Shown in pieces: positions 1 through 9,384 of a stretch of DNA of 64,000 bases. Under the pieces are notes generated by a model. That model saw only the letters and a list, made by a program, of their open reading frames with translations. It was not told the origin of the DNA and ran no database searches. The stretch is from contig CAWCUN010000019.1 in assembly GCA_963798665.1 (NCBI GenBank), positions 59,324 to 123,323 of the forward strand. Reading direction: 5' to 3'. The stretch comes from an uncultured Chitinophagaceae bacterium (GTDB lineage: Bacteria > Bacteroidota > Bacteroidia > Chitinophagales > Chitinophagaceae). A program made the position numbers and the translations under genes. The number at the start of each line of letters is the position of its first letter. The stretch's first letter is position 1.

Positions 1-1171
1 TTTTTGAAAGTGCCATATTCAATGTGGCATCACCGTCGCTATCGGTATGTCCTATTATTTTTACATGAATGTTGGCATTATCCTTTAACACATCTGCAAT
101 ATCTTTTAATGAGCCATAAGAGTCCGGTTTGATCGTAGCAGAATTAACATCAAACAAAATTCCTGTAGTAGAGAATTTTCCTTCACTTATTAATTTATTT
201 CGGGTATCCGGTTCTCCAACAGCCAGTTTCATATTGCTGATGAGGTATTTATCCGGATTGGCAAAATCGCTTAGGGTTTGAAACATCATTGTATTATAAG
301 TTTCACCCGGAGGGAATGCCCTTGGCAAATCAAATACTTTATTCTGGTCGACATATACTCTAAGACGCTGCTTTTGCCGCCATATAGATACTTTTATTTT
401 AGTAGCCCCATTATTTTGAAATTGAATTTGATTGTTCATCATTTTATCACCCGCGTTATAAGTATAAATAGTAGCTATGCCCCCTTTGTCCCGGGGAATA
501 GGTTGTATTCCCAGGTTTATTCCTGACCGCTTATTATAATTAAACTCGGCATTCAGCACTTCCTTGCCATCTTTTCCATTGCCGGCAGACAGGAAAAGGA
601 TCTGAAGAAAAGGGATGTAATTACCACTGGCATAAATAAGATCAAATTCAAGCGTAAAATTGTCCGGCAGATTATTGATATCTTCCGGCTTAAATATGCC
701 TCTTTTATTAAGCATTAGCCAATGGCCGGTTTCGCCGGAGACAGTAACCGTTTCGCCAGCAGAGTTTGTATTCCAGTTTTCCGGAAAGTCACCAATAGCA
801 TCCCGTGAAAAATCTTCATACATTAAAACTTTATCGCCGGGCACAAAATCAAATTTTGAGTAAGTAGCAAGTGAGGTGGAAGCACTTTGCTGGTCTTTTT
901 CCTGTGCATTATTGTTAGCATTAGCAGCCGTAGAGTTTGCTGCAGGGGTGGTATCGTTTGCGCCGGCGTTGCTATTGGTATTAGCATTATTATCCTTTTT
1001 TTTCTTTGAGAATAATTTGCCCAATACTTTATCGGCTGTGTGTTCGGTAGCAACTGCTGCTCCTTCTTTCACTCCTTCTCCCGCTTGTTGCGTAAGTACA
1101 TCTCCCACTTTCTGTGCTGCTATGTCATTTAAAAAAATAAATGCAGCTACAAATAAAATGAATGTTTTCAT
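1..1171 (-). CDS. OmpA-family outer-membrane/periplasmic protein (3' end truncated by window edge)
   Basis: Not in the ORF track because it runs off the edge. Read by hand from ATG at 1171: MKTFILFVAAF (signal peptide), a low-complexity Asn/Ala linker, FDFVPGDKVLMYEDFSRDAIGDFPENW, then the OmpA C-domain GILFDVNSATIKPDSYGSLKDIADVLK...IIGHTDSDGDATLNMALSK. Open to position 2. Confidence 0.85.
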   Translation of the reverse strand, partial: MKTFILFVAAFIFLNDIAAQKVGDVLTQQAGEGVKEGAAVATEHTADKVLGKLFSKKKKDNNANTNSNAGANDTTPAANSTAANANNNAQEKDQQSASTSLATYSKFDFVPGDKVLMYEDFSRDAIGDFPENWNTNSAGETVTVSGETGHWLMLNKRGIFKPEDINNLPDNFTLEFDLIYASGNYIPFLQILFLSAGNGKDGKEVLNAEFNYNKRSGINLGIQPIPRDKGGIATIYTYNAGDKMMNNQIQFQNNGATKIKVSIWRQKQRLRVYVDQNKVFDLPRAFPPGETYNTMMFQTLSDFANPDKYLISNMKLAVGEPDTRNKLISEGKFSTTGILFDVNSATIKPDSYGSLKDIADVLKDNANIHVKIIGHTDSDGDATLNMALSK

Positions 1172-1401
1172 AAAAAAATATTTAGGTAAAAAAATGTAAT
1201 AGACAATTTGCCGCAGCAAAGTAGTAGTGCCTGAATATTCATTGGAAGTAATTGCTTCCCCTTTGCTAAATTAGTTTACAACATTATTGAAAAAAATGTC
1301 GCTCAGTATATGGCAGCTTTGACTTTATAATTGGGCGTGAATATAACTTTCCCGGCGCTTATTACAGATTTATATGCCGGGTTAAATTTATTATCGTAAA
1401 T

Positions 1402-1436
1402 AAAAAAAGCTTCTTCATGAATATTTATGAAGAAGC
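1402..1436 (-). terminator. Intrinsic terminator after the orphan response regulator
   Basis: GCTTCTTCAT/ATGAAGAAGC inverted repeat; the A-tract at 1402-1408 gives a U-tract on the minus strand. Confidence 0.7.
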
Positions 1437-1471
1437 AAATTGATGTATAAATTTTCTTAAAGAGTAATTGA

Positions 1472-2149
1472 TTATATCTCCTGGTCGAGCAGCTTGTTTT
1501 TTACAGCAAACATGATAAGTCCGGCAGTACTTTTAGCGCCCGTTTTTGTTTTTAGTTTGTCCCTTATTGCTTCAATTGTTCGAGGGCTTAGTTCAACTGC
1601 TTCGGCAATTTCACGCGTGCTTTTTTCCTCACACATAAGCCTTAATACTGTTATTTCTTTGTCGGAAAGAACGGCATCTTCCTGTTGCAACTTTAATGAA
1701 GATGGTACCTTCTGCCTCAGGTTATTTAGAAGAGCCTTATTAGTTAAAGAGTTAAAATAATATTCCTGCTGGTAACAGGTTATAATAGCCTCATAAATTA
1801 TTTCAGAATCTGACGTTTTGGTAAGATAGCTATTAGCGCCAAGCTCCATTAATTTAGTTATCATACTTTGGTCGTCAACCATTGTAAGCATGATGATCTT
1901 TATCTGCGGGTAAAGTCTTTTTAATTCGGGAAGAGTAGCAATACCATCCATTATGGGCATTTGGATATCAAGCAAAATAACATCCGGCTGTATTCCTTTT
2001 AACAAATTCAACAGATGCTGCCCATTGTCAGCTTCAGCTATTACTTTAATATCCTTTTTGGATGAAAGCGCTGTTTTAACTCCTGCCCGGTAAAGCACGT
2101 GGTCATCTGCAATTATCACATTTACTACGCCGCCGTTTTCTGTTTTCAT
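1472..2149 (-). CDS. NarL/LuxR-family DNA-binding response regulator (orphan, RR1)
   Basis: REC domain (IADDH, LLDIQMPIMDG, LTM, YLTK) plus LuxR HTH (LSDKEITVL...LSPRTIEAIRDKL). No kinase adjacent. Confidence 0.92.
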   Translation of the reverse strand: MKTENGGVVNVIIADDHVLYRAGVKTALSSKKDIKVIAEADNGQHLLNLLKGIQPDVILLDIQMPIMDGIATLPELKRLYPQIKIIMLTMVDDQSMITKLMELGANSYLTKTSDSEIIYEAIITCYQQEYYFNSLTNKALLNNLRQKVPSSLKLQQEDAVLSDKEITVLRLMCEEKSTREIAEAVELSPRTIEAIRDKLKTKTGAKSTAGLIMFAVKNKLLDQEI

Positions 2150-2242
2150 TGGTTTTTGTACAAAATTTTATTTATAACGCATTTTACAAATGTCTGTTGT
2201 TTGAATGGTAAATTAAACCGGACTACTACGAAATTATAAATA

Positions 2243-2256
2243 TAGTAATTCTACGA
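2243..2256. promoter_or_regulatory. Putative operator (TAGTAATTCTACGA) resembling the palindromes at 15511 and 15870
   Basis: AGTAA-N3-TAC core, about 95 bp upstream of the RR1 start codon. Confidence 0.45.
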
Positions 2257-2423
2257 GTAATTAAGGTATAATAACGAACAATATCCTTTATAAATTGCAA
2301 TGATGATACAACTATTTTCTATGAAGTTAACTATCGTTTAGGTCTGTTTAAATACCATGATAAAGAGATGATTAACAAACTTCTATATCGTCAAATAGCT
2401 GCCTGTTTCGATTGCTGTATTGA

Positions 2424-2999
2424 TTATTTTTTCTTTTGACTTTTGGGTGCAAAGATTGCGAACATCCTTTTTCCTTCAAGTTTGGGCATACTTTCAAGAG
2501 TACCCACTTCAACAAGTCTTTCCGCGAATTTCAGTAGCAATAACTCGCCTCTTTCCTTGAACATGATTGCCCTTCCCTTAAATTGCACATATGCTTTTAC
2601 TTTATTTCCATCTTTTAAGAAGTTTTCAGCATGCTTTGATTTAAAATCAAAGTCGTGATCATCGGTATTGGGCGTGAAGCGGATTTCCTTTACCTCGGAA
2701 ACTTTGCTTTTGGCTTTCATTTCTTTTTCCTTCTTCTTCTTTTCGTAGAGAAATTTATTGTAATCTATAATTTTGCAAACCGGTGGATCAGCCTGGGGAG
2801 AAATTTCAACCAGGTCAAGTCCCTGGTCATTTGCTATTCTTTGTGCTTCGGCAATAGGATAAACGCCTATCTCGATATTTTCTCCAACCAATCGTACCTG
2901 GGGCACTTTTATCATATGATTGGTTCTGTGTTCCTGCTGTTGTTCTTTTCTAAAACGAGGATTAAATGCGCCCCTTGGAGGTCTTTGTGGAAATGCCAT
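2424..2999 (-). CDS. infC: Translation initiation factor IF-3
   Basis: VRLVGEN...GLDLVEISPQADPPVCKIIDYNKF, KEIRFTPNTDDHDFDFK, VKAYVQFKGR. Directly downstream of thrS. Confidence 0.97.
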   Translation of the reverse strand: MAFPQRPPRGAFNPRFRKEQQQEHRTNHMIKVPQVRLVGENIEIGVYPIAEAQRIANDQGLDLVEISPQADPPVCKIIDYNKFLYEKKKKEKEMKAKSKVSEVKEIRFTPNTDDHDFDFKSKHAENFLKDGNKVKAYVQFKGRAIMFKERGELLLLKFAERLVEVGTLESMPKLEGKRMFAIFAPKSQKKK

Positions 3000-3048
3000 T
3001 AATTGATTTTAGTTTAAAAATTGTTTTCTTTGTTATAAATAATTGCAG

Positions 3049-4992
3049 CTATATTGCTGCATAATATATGGTTTTGCTTTTTACTTCCTTTCGAACCATT
3101 TCAATGAAGGCGGGTAATGATTGAACTCCTTCATCGCCTTTACCCTGCCGTCTTACAGATACTTTTTCTTCGTTCACTTCCTTTTCACCGATAATCAGCA
3201 TTAACGGTATTTTGGCCAATTCAGTATCTCTTATTTTTTTACCGATCTTTTCGCTGCGGCCGTCTATCTCAGCACGAATATCATAATTTTTTAATTCAGA
3301 TAAAACATTTTCTGAATAGGACAGAAATTTATCGCTTATGGGCAAAATTTTTACCTGAATCGGAGCAAGCCACAGAGGAAATTTACCTGCAAAATGTTCC
3401 AGCAAAAACCCAATGAACCGCTCATGGGTACCCAATGGCGCCCGGTGGATAATTAATGGAGTTTCTGCCTCATTGTTCTGATTTTTAAACTCCAGGTTAA
3501 AACGCCTTCCCTGTGCAAAATCTACCTGGTTAGTAGCAAGGGTAAACTCCCTGCCAATAGCACTCCATATTTGAACATCTATTTTAGGGCCATAAAATGC
3601 GGCTTCATCCGGCACTTCAACAAATGGGATTTCTGCCTCTTTCATTACCTGCCTCACCATCGCTTCAGTTTCAATCCATAAAGTCGGTTCATCAACATAT
3701 TTCTGCCCAAGCTTTTCCGGATCATGAAGTGATAAACGCATCACATACTTTTCAATTCCAAAAATTTTGAAGTACTTAATGTACATATCATTTACAGCTC
3801 GAAATTCCTGCGCAAATTGATCTTTGGTACAATAAATATGTGCGTCGTTCATATGTAAACAACGCACGCGCATCAGCCCAAATAATTCCCCGCTTTGTTC
3901 ATAACGATAACATGTTCCATATTCAGCCAGGCGTATCGGCAGGTCTTTATAACTATGTTGTTCCGCAGCAAATATTTTATGATGATGCGGGCAGTTCATT
4001 GCCTTTAAATAATACTTTGTCCCTTCCAATTCCATTGGAGGATACATGCTATCCTGGTAATAAGGCAAATGACCACTTGTAAGGTAAAGATTTTCTTTGG
4101 CGATATGCGGAGTTACCACTCTTTTATATCCGGCAGCCGATTCAGTTTCCTTGGCAAGTTTCTCCAATTCTTCAATAACCACAGTACCATTGGGCATCCA
4201 CAACACCAGTCCCTGTCCAACATCATCATCCATCGTAAAGATGCCAAGTTCTTTCCCTAATTTTCGATGATCCCGCTTTTTCGCTTCTTCAAGAAAAATA
4301 AGATATTCATCCAATTCTTTTTGTGTGGGAAAAGTAACACCATAAATACGGGTAAGCATTTTATTTCTCTCATCACCTTTCCAATATGCTCCGGCGATGT
4401 TTGTAAGTTTTATGCCTTTTATTGCCCCGGTGGAAGAAATGTGTGGCCCGCGACATAAATCAGTAAAGTTACCCTGGGTATAAAAAGTAATATTTCCATC
4501 TTCAAGGCCTGTAAGCAAATCAAGTTTATATTCATCACCCTTCTCCTCGAAATATTTTACTGCATCTTTTTTGGAAATTTCCTTTCTTGTGAATGAATTG
4601 TTTTGTTTCGCCAGTTCACCCATTTTTTTTTCAAGCTTTTCAAGATCACCCTCGCCTATTTGATTATCACCCGGATCAATATCATAGTAAAATCCTTTTT
4701 CAACCGGCGGCCCAACCCAAAACCTAACACCAGGAAAAGTTGACTCAATAGCCTCCGCCATTAAGTGAGCCGATGAATGCCAAAAAGTGGATTTTGCCTT
4801 TTCATCATCCCATGTAAGAAATTTTATAGACGCATCTTTTTTAATTGGTCGTGTCAAATCCCACACTTCGCCATCAACTTCAGCGGCCAGGATTTTTCGT
4901 GCAAGCCCTTCACTTATTTTTTTTGCAATATCTAAAGCTGTAGTTCCTTCTTCATATTGCCTCACCGCACCATCAGGAAAAGTAATATTCAT
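3049..4992 (-). CDS. thrS: Threonine--tRNA ligase
   Basis: TGS domain, WHSSAHL, DLCRGPH, RDHRKLG, KAMNCPHH, FYGPKID, anticodon-binding domain. Confidence 0.98.
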   Translation of the reverse strand: MNITFPDGAVRQYEEGTTALDIAKKISEGLARKILAAEVDGEVWDLTRPIKKDASIKFLTWDDEKAKSTFWHSSAHLMAEAIESTFPGVRFWVGPPVEKGFYYDIDPGDNQIGEGDLEKLEKKMGELAKQNNSFTRKEISKKDAVKYFEEKGDEYKLDLLTGLEDGNITFYTQGNFTDLCRGPHISSTGAIKGIKLTNIAGAYWKGDERNKMLTRIYGVTFPTQKELDEYLIFLEEAKKRDHRKLGKELGIFTMDDDVGQGLVLWMPNGTVVIEELEKLAKETESAAGYKRVVTPHIAKENLYLTSGHLPYYQDSMYPPMELEGTKYYLKAMNCPHHHKIFAAEQHSYKDLPIRLAEYGTCYRYEQSGELFGLMRVRCLHMNDAHIYCTKDQFAQEFRAVNDMYIKYFKIFGIEKYVMRLSLHDPEKLGQKYVDEPTLWIETEAMVRQVMKEAEIPFVEVPDEAAFYGPKIDVQIWSAIGREFTLATNQVDFAQGRRFNLEFKNQNNEAETPLIIHRAPLGTHERFIGFLLEHFAGKFPLWLAPIQVKILPISDKFLSYSENVLSELKNYDIRAEIDGRSEKIGKKIRDTELAKIPLMLIIGEKEVNEEKVSVRRQGKGDEGVQSLPAFIEMVRKEVKSKTIYYAAI

Positions 4993-5197
4993 AATTCGTT
5001 AACCTCATCAAAGATTTGTTTTTTAAATACATTAGAAAAATGCAAATTTAACGAAGTATTAGACAAAGAAGACATTCATTTGAAGGATAAACTTTTATTT
5101 ACCTATAATTTTGTATGAAGTGATAAAAGTCGCTTCTGTAATGATAAATATCCTGACGAAGCAATTATACTTTTTGAACTAATTGTTATTGCATGCT

Positions 5198-6241
5198 ATG
5201 AAATTATTTTACTTTTTTATTTTTTTATTGTTTTCTTCTTCAATTGCTGCTCAGAATTTTAATGGCCAATGGAAAGGTGGATTTAATGAAACGAGTTACG
5301 GTTTTTCGGGGTTGGGAGGCAATGATATTGATTACGTTTTAGAACTTCAAACGAAGGGCTCTGAAGTTTCAGGATATTCTTATACTTACTTTAATGAGGG
5401 CGCCAAAAGATACTATACCATCTGCAAATTAACGGGAAGTGTAAACAGGTCGACTAAAGACATTGTTGTAACGGAAATTGAACGGGTTAAATATAATACT
5501 CCACCAAATTTTCAAAACTGTTTTCAAACCCACAGGTTACACTATGAGCAGGATAGCTCGGATACGGAAATGCTGCGTGGTACGTGGATACCGGCACCTA
5601 ACCAAACGGGAAACTGCGGCTACGGGACAACACTTCTTGCAAGAAGGATTGTAAAAAGGATGCCTTTGGGAATTACGGCTACGGATAAAGATGTAGTGAA
5701 AACAACTCCTGAAAAAACCAAGCCCGCAACGAAGCCAAAATATGTTGCACCAAAGCCAAAAAATAAACCGGTTGTGACAAAGCCTACCGTAAAACCAAAA
5801 CCACAGATTGAGAGGGAGGAGGTGACAAAGGATAAAACAACTGATCTTTCAAACAATAAAAACACACAAATAATAACTTCTCCCCCAGTAAAATTCGAAC
5901 CACGGAGAAAGGACATTATCAAGACAATCCCCATTACACAGCCAACGTTCAAGGTAGATTTTTATGATAATGGTGAAATAGATGGCGATTCCATAACAGT
6001 TATTTATAACGGCAAAATTGTTCTTTCACATAAAATGTTGTCAGCGAAACCAATTACTTTAAATCTCTCCCTGGATGAGGATACGCGGCAAAATATTATT
6101 ACGATGTATGCTGATAATTTAGGAACAATCCCACCTAACACAGCATTGATGATTGTTACTGATGGTGATAAAAGATATGAAGTAAGAATAACCTCAGATA
6201 CAGAAAAAAGTGGCAGTGTTGTATTCGTGCATGGGGAATAG
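5198..6241 (+). CDS. Exported hypothetical protein: N-terminal beta domain, Pro/Lys/Thr-rich linker, C-terminal YDNGEIDGDSIT...NLGTIPPNTA domain
   Basis: Long ORF with a hydrophobic signal peptide (MKLFYFFIFLLFSSSIAAQ). ATG at 5198 preferred over TTG at 5183. No function recognised. Confidence 0.75.
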   Translation: MKLFYFFIFLLFSSSIAAQNFNGQWKGGFNETSYGFSGLGGNDIDYVLELQTKGSEVSGYSYTYFNEGAKRYYTICKLTGSVNRSTKDIVVTEIERVKYNTPPNFQNCFQTHRLHYEQDSSDTEMLRGTWIPAPNQTGNCGYGTTLLARRIVKRMPLGITATDKDVVKTTPEKTKPATKPKYVAPKPKNKPVVTKPTVKPKPQIEREEVTKDKTTDLSNNKNTQIITSPPVKFEPRRKDIIKTIPITQPTFKVDFYDNGEIDGDSITVIYNGKIVLSHKMLSAKPITLNLSLDEDTRQNIITMYADNLGTIPPNTALMIVTDGDKRYEVRITSDTEKSGSVVFVHGE

Positions 6242-6296
6242 ATCTGGTCAATAGTCATTGAAGTCATTAATAACTATTGGCTTAATGGCCATTGGA

Positions 6297-8657
6297 CTAA
6301 AATTTGAAATTCCATGTTACGGAAGGAATAACCGGAAATAATGAAACCTGTTTTGCCTGCACATTTAGTGTGCCATTATAAGGACTTCCATCCTGGTCAA
6401 AATAAATGAAGTAAGGATTTTTGTGACTATAAATATTATATACACTGAAAACCCACTCACTTTTTAACTTTCCTGAAGGATGCTTGTTTGGTGTATATGT
6501 TGCCGCAACATCGAGACGATGATATGATGGAAGCCTGTACTCATTAATGCGGCTATACTCCTGCGTTAGTACGCCTTCGAAAATATAAAAACGCTGTGGC
6601 AATGTTGCAGCATTTCCTGTTCCAAAAACAAATGTTCCCGAAAGTTTCCACTTTTTTGAAAGTTCATAAATGCCCACTACTGAAAGATCATGTCGCCGGT
6701 CATATTTGGCAAAATACGAGTCACCAAAATTTAATTTCGGGAACTTCCTTTGGGTCCAGCTCAATGTATAACCAATCCAGCCAGTCAACTTTCCTTTTGT
6801 TTTATTTATAAATAATTCTGTTCCATAACTCCACCCTTTACCAAAAGTGAAAAAATTCTCAGTGTCTTCCAAAGTGGCAGGTGTATAACCTTCCTCGTAT
6901 TCAATCTGGTTCTTTAATTGCTTATAGTATATTTCAACAGATGTTTCATAGATATTGTCATTAAAATTCTTAAACAATCCGAGTGCATATAACCAACTTT
7001 CCTGCGGCTTCACTTTTAATGTACTTGGTACCCATAAGTCAGTAGGAAGCGTGGTTCCTGCATTGCTGACAAGATGAATGTATTGCAGGTTTCTTGTAAT
7101 GGCAGCCTTAACTGATGTTTCATCATTGATGGCATAACGAAGTGTGAACCGTGGCTCAAAACCGAAATAAGTTTTTACAGCCTCACTCTTCTTATAAACA
7201 GTACTGTCCAGGCGATTGCCGTTTATATCAGTCGTATAAATTTTATACTTGCCTATTTGTTGAAATCCACTTGCCCGAATTCCCGCGTTAATCTTTATTT
7301 TGTCGCTTATATCCCAATCATCCTGTATATAAGCTGCTGCTTCATGTGCATATTTTCGTTGTGCATTGTTTGGTTTAAATTCCACAGAATCCTGCTTTCC
7401 ACTTACGACTGATGGCGTAAATGTGTGGTATGTGTAGGCAAAACCAAATTTCAATTTATGATTGGTGAAAGGATACAGATCAAGATCTTCCTTTATATTC
7501 CAATCCTTTATTCCTGATAAAAGATTAACCTGAAAATTATTTTGATTTGCCCCAAAATTGAAATTATAATCATTGTAAACAACGGTAGTATTTGAAAACA
7601 GACGATTATTAAAAACATGATTCCATCGAAAAGTGCCGGTAGAATTGCCCCAGGGTATACTTACCTTGAGTGATTGTTTTCCATTTACGAAATCAAACTT
7701 GTCCTTGCCAAAATATCCGCTGAGATATATCCTGTCTTTTTCAGAAAACTTGTAGTTGATTTTTGCATTCAGATCATAAAAATAGTAACCGGAGCCGCTA
7801 AACGAATTTGTCTTGCTTATAAAAGGCTTTGCCAAAGCATCGATGTAAGTGCGTCTTGCAGATATTATAAAAGATGCTTTATTCTTTATTACCGGACCCT
7901 CGATTGAAAGTCTCGACGCTATTAAACCAATGCCACCCTGTACTACAAAATTTTTATCGTTGCCTTCCTTCATGGAAATATCAAGCACACTTGACAATCT
8001 TCCTCCATACTGTGCTGGCATTCCTCCTTTAATAAGAGACGTACTCTTGATGGCATCCCCATTAAAAATCGAAAAAAATCCGAAAAGATGGCCGGTATTA
8101 TATACTACTGCGTCATCCAATAAAATTAAATTTTGATCGGGACCACCACCGCGAACATATAAACCGGAACTTCCTTCACCTGCGCTTTGCACTCCGGGTA
8201 AAAGCTGTATTGTTTTTAATACATCAATTTCACCCAAAAACGCAGGGATCGATTTCACCTGGTTTATGGAAAGGTCGAGCTTACCCATTTGAGCATTCTT
8301 TACATTTGCATCTCTTTTTTTTGAAGAAATTATAACGGCCTGTTCTGTTGTTATTCTAGGAAGAATTTCAAAATTATAATCGACATCTGCATTCAGTTCA
8401 ATCGTTTTTATTTTGGAAACGTAGCCAACATAAGAACAAATAAAATTGTAAGTTCCCGCGGCAAGTGTAATTGAATAAAAGCCAAATTGATTTGATGTTA
8501 TTCCTTTGGATTTGCCAAGAATAGAAATTGTCGCACCGATTAGCGTTTCGCCGGAAAGAGAATCTTTTACATAACCACTAACAGTAATTTTGTTTTGACA
8601 AAAAGTGAATAAAGGCAGCGATAAAAAAGTAATAACAATTAACTTTTTCATTTTCAT
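6297..8657 (-). CDS. TonB-dependent outer-membrane receptor with carboxypeptidase-regulatory-like N-terminal domain
   Basis: SGYVKDSLSGETLIGATI, plug motif LLPGVQSAGEGSSGLYVRGGGPDQNLILLD, GGMPAQYGGRLSSVLDI, C-terminal WNFKF. Confidence 0.92.
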   Translation of the reverse strand: MKMKKLIVITFLSLPLFTFCQNKITVSGYVKDSLSGETLIGATISILGKSKGITSNQFGFYSITLAAGTYNFICSYVGYVSKIKTIELNADVDYNFEILPRITTEQAVIISSKKRDANVKNAQMGKLDLSINQVKSIPAFLGEIDVLKTIQLLPGVQSAGEGSSGLYVRGGGPDQNLILLDDAVVYNTGHLFGFFSIFNGDAIKSTSLIKGGMPAQYGGRLSSVLDISMKEGNDKNFVVQGGIGLIASRLSIEGPVIKNKASFIISARRTYIDALAKPFISKTNSFSGSGYYFYDLNAKINYKFSEKDRIYLSGYFGKDKFDFVNGKQSLKVSIPWGNSTGTFRWNHVFNNRLFSNTTVVYNDYNFNFGANQNNFQVNLLSGIKDWNIKEDLDLYPFTNHKLKFGFAYTYHTFTPSVVSGKQDSVEFKPNNAQRKYAHEAAAYIQDDWDISDKIKINAGIRASGFQQIGKYKIYTTDINGNRLDSTVYKKSEAVKTYFGFEPRFTLRYAINDETSVKAAITRNLQYIHLVSNAGTTLPTDLWVPSTLKVKPQESWLYALGLFKNFNDNIYETSVEIYYKQLKNQIEYEEGYTPATLEDTENFFTFGKGWSYGTELFINKTKGKLTGWIGYTLSWTQRKFPKLNFGDSYFAKYDRRHDLSVVGIYELSKKWKLSGTFVFGTGNAATLPQRFYIFEGVLTQEYSRINEYRLPSYHRLDVAATYTPNKHPSGKLKSEWVFSVYNIYSHKNPYFIYFDQDGSPYNGTLNVQAKQVSLFPVIPSVTWNFKF

Positions 8658-8672
8658 AGGGTAGCTTAAAAA

Positions 8673-9278
8673 TTACTGCAGGGAATCTTTTGTTTCGCCG
8701 CAGTTTAGCATAGTCGCCTTATAGGTAGGATGATTTTTACCCAGGTAAGGATTAATTATTTCTGAAGTGTTGCTTATCCAGTTTGCTTCTTTATCCTCAC
8801 CAAAAGCCATTGGGCAATTTTGCCAATAAAGCTTCGGCCCTTCATAACCGATTGTTTTCAAAAACGGATACAAATTTTCAGAGATCATTCGAAAATCTTC
8901 ACGCATTTCGGTTAAATCATTTTCCTGCAACATGGCTTCGGCATTGGCCTTTATATCGCTCACTTCCTGCGTGGCCGCCATCAAAATACTAGCGTCATCT
9001 TTTTTAAGTTCATCGAGTTTCAAACTGTCCACCGTACCAATAAATTTTTGTCCTTCTGCTTTCGCTGCCGAAGTATCCGCATTTACAAACGCATTCTTAA
9101 CATTTAAATAATTATTTATAGCATTAAGAACACTTTGATTAAACTCAATCGAATGTTTCTTTATTTTTACTGATTCCTGCTTTGCTTCTGATGAACCGGA
9201 ATCATCTTTTTTGAAAAAAAACCACCATGCCCCGAATAAAACTGCCGCAAGAAAAAGAATTGCCAATAAACTTTTCAT
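8673..9278 (-). CDS. DUF3347-type heavy-metal-binding protein with N-terminal membrane anchor
   Basis: YWQNCPMAF...ANWISNTSEIINPYLG...MLNCGE motif typical of this Bacteroidota family. Confidence 0.8.
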   Translation of the reverse strand: MKSLLAILFLAAVLFGAWWFFFKKDDSGSSEAKQESVKIKKHSIEFNQSVLNAINNYLNVKNAFVNADTSAAKAEGQKFIGTVDSLKLDELKKDDASILMAATQEVSDIKANAEAMLQENDLTEMREDFRMISENLYPFLKTIGYEGPKLYWQNCPMAFGEDKEANWISNTSEIINPYLGKNHPTYKATMLNCGETKDSLQ

Positions 9279-9357
9279 AACCTGTTAAAATTTTTATGCG
9301 AAGGTAACATATAAACTTTCAAGCCGAAAATTACTAAGATGATTACCAAATAGAACT

Positions 9358-9365
9358 TAATTTTG
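9358..9365 (+). promoter_or_regulatory. Bacteroidota sigma-70 -7 box (TAATTTTG) for the ABC-F gene
   Basis: Matches TAnnTTTG, 20 nt before the ATG at 9385. Confidence 0.6.
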
Positions 9366-9384
9366 CACGCTTATCAATAGGTTT

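Noticed and set aside
278-1199. Short track ORFs here and the many antisense or overlapping ORFs inside thrS, ABC-F, htpG, Lhr, rpsA and the permeases
   Set aside because: They lie opposite or out of frame to well-supported genes and show no recognisable motifs; treated as shadow ORFs.
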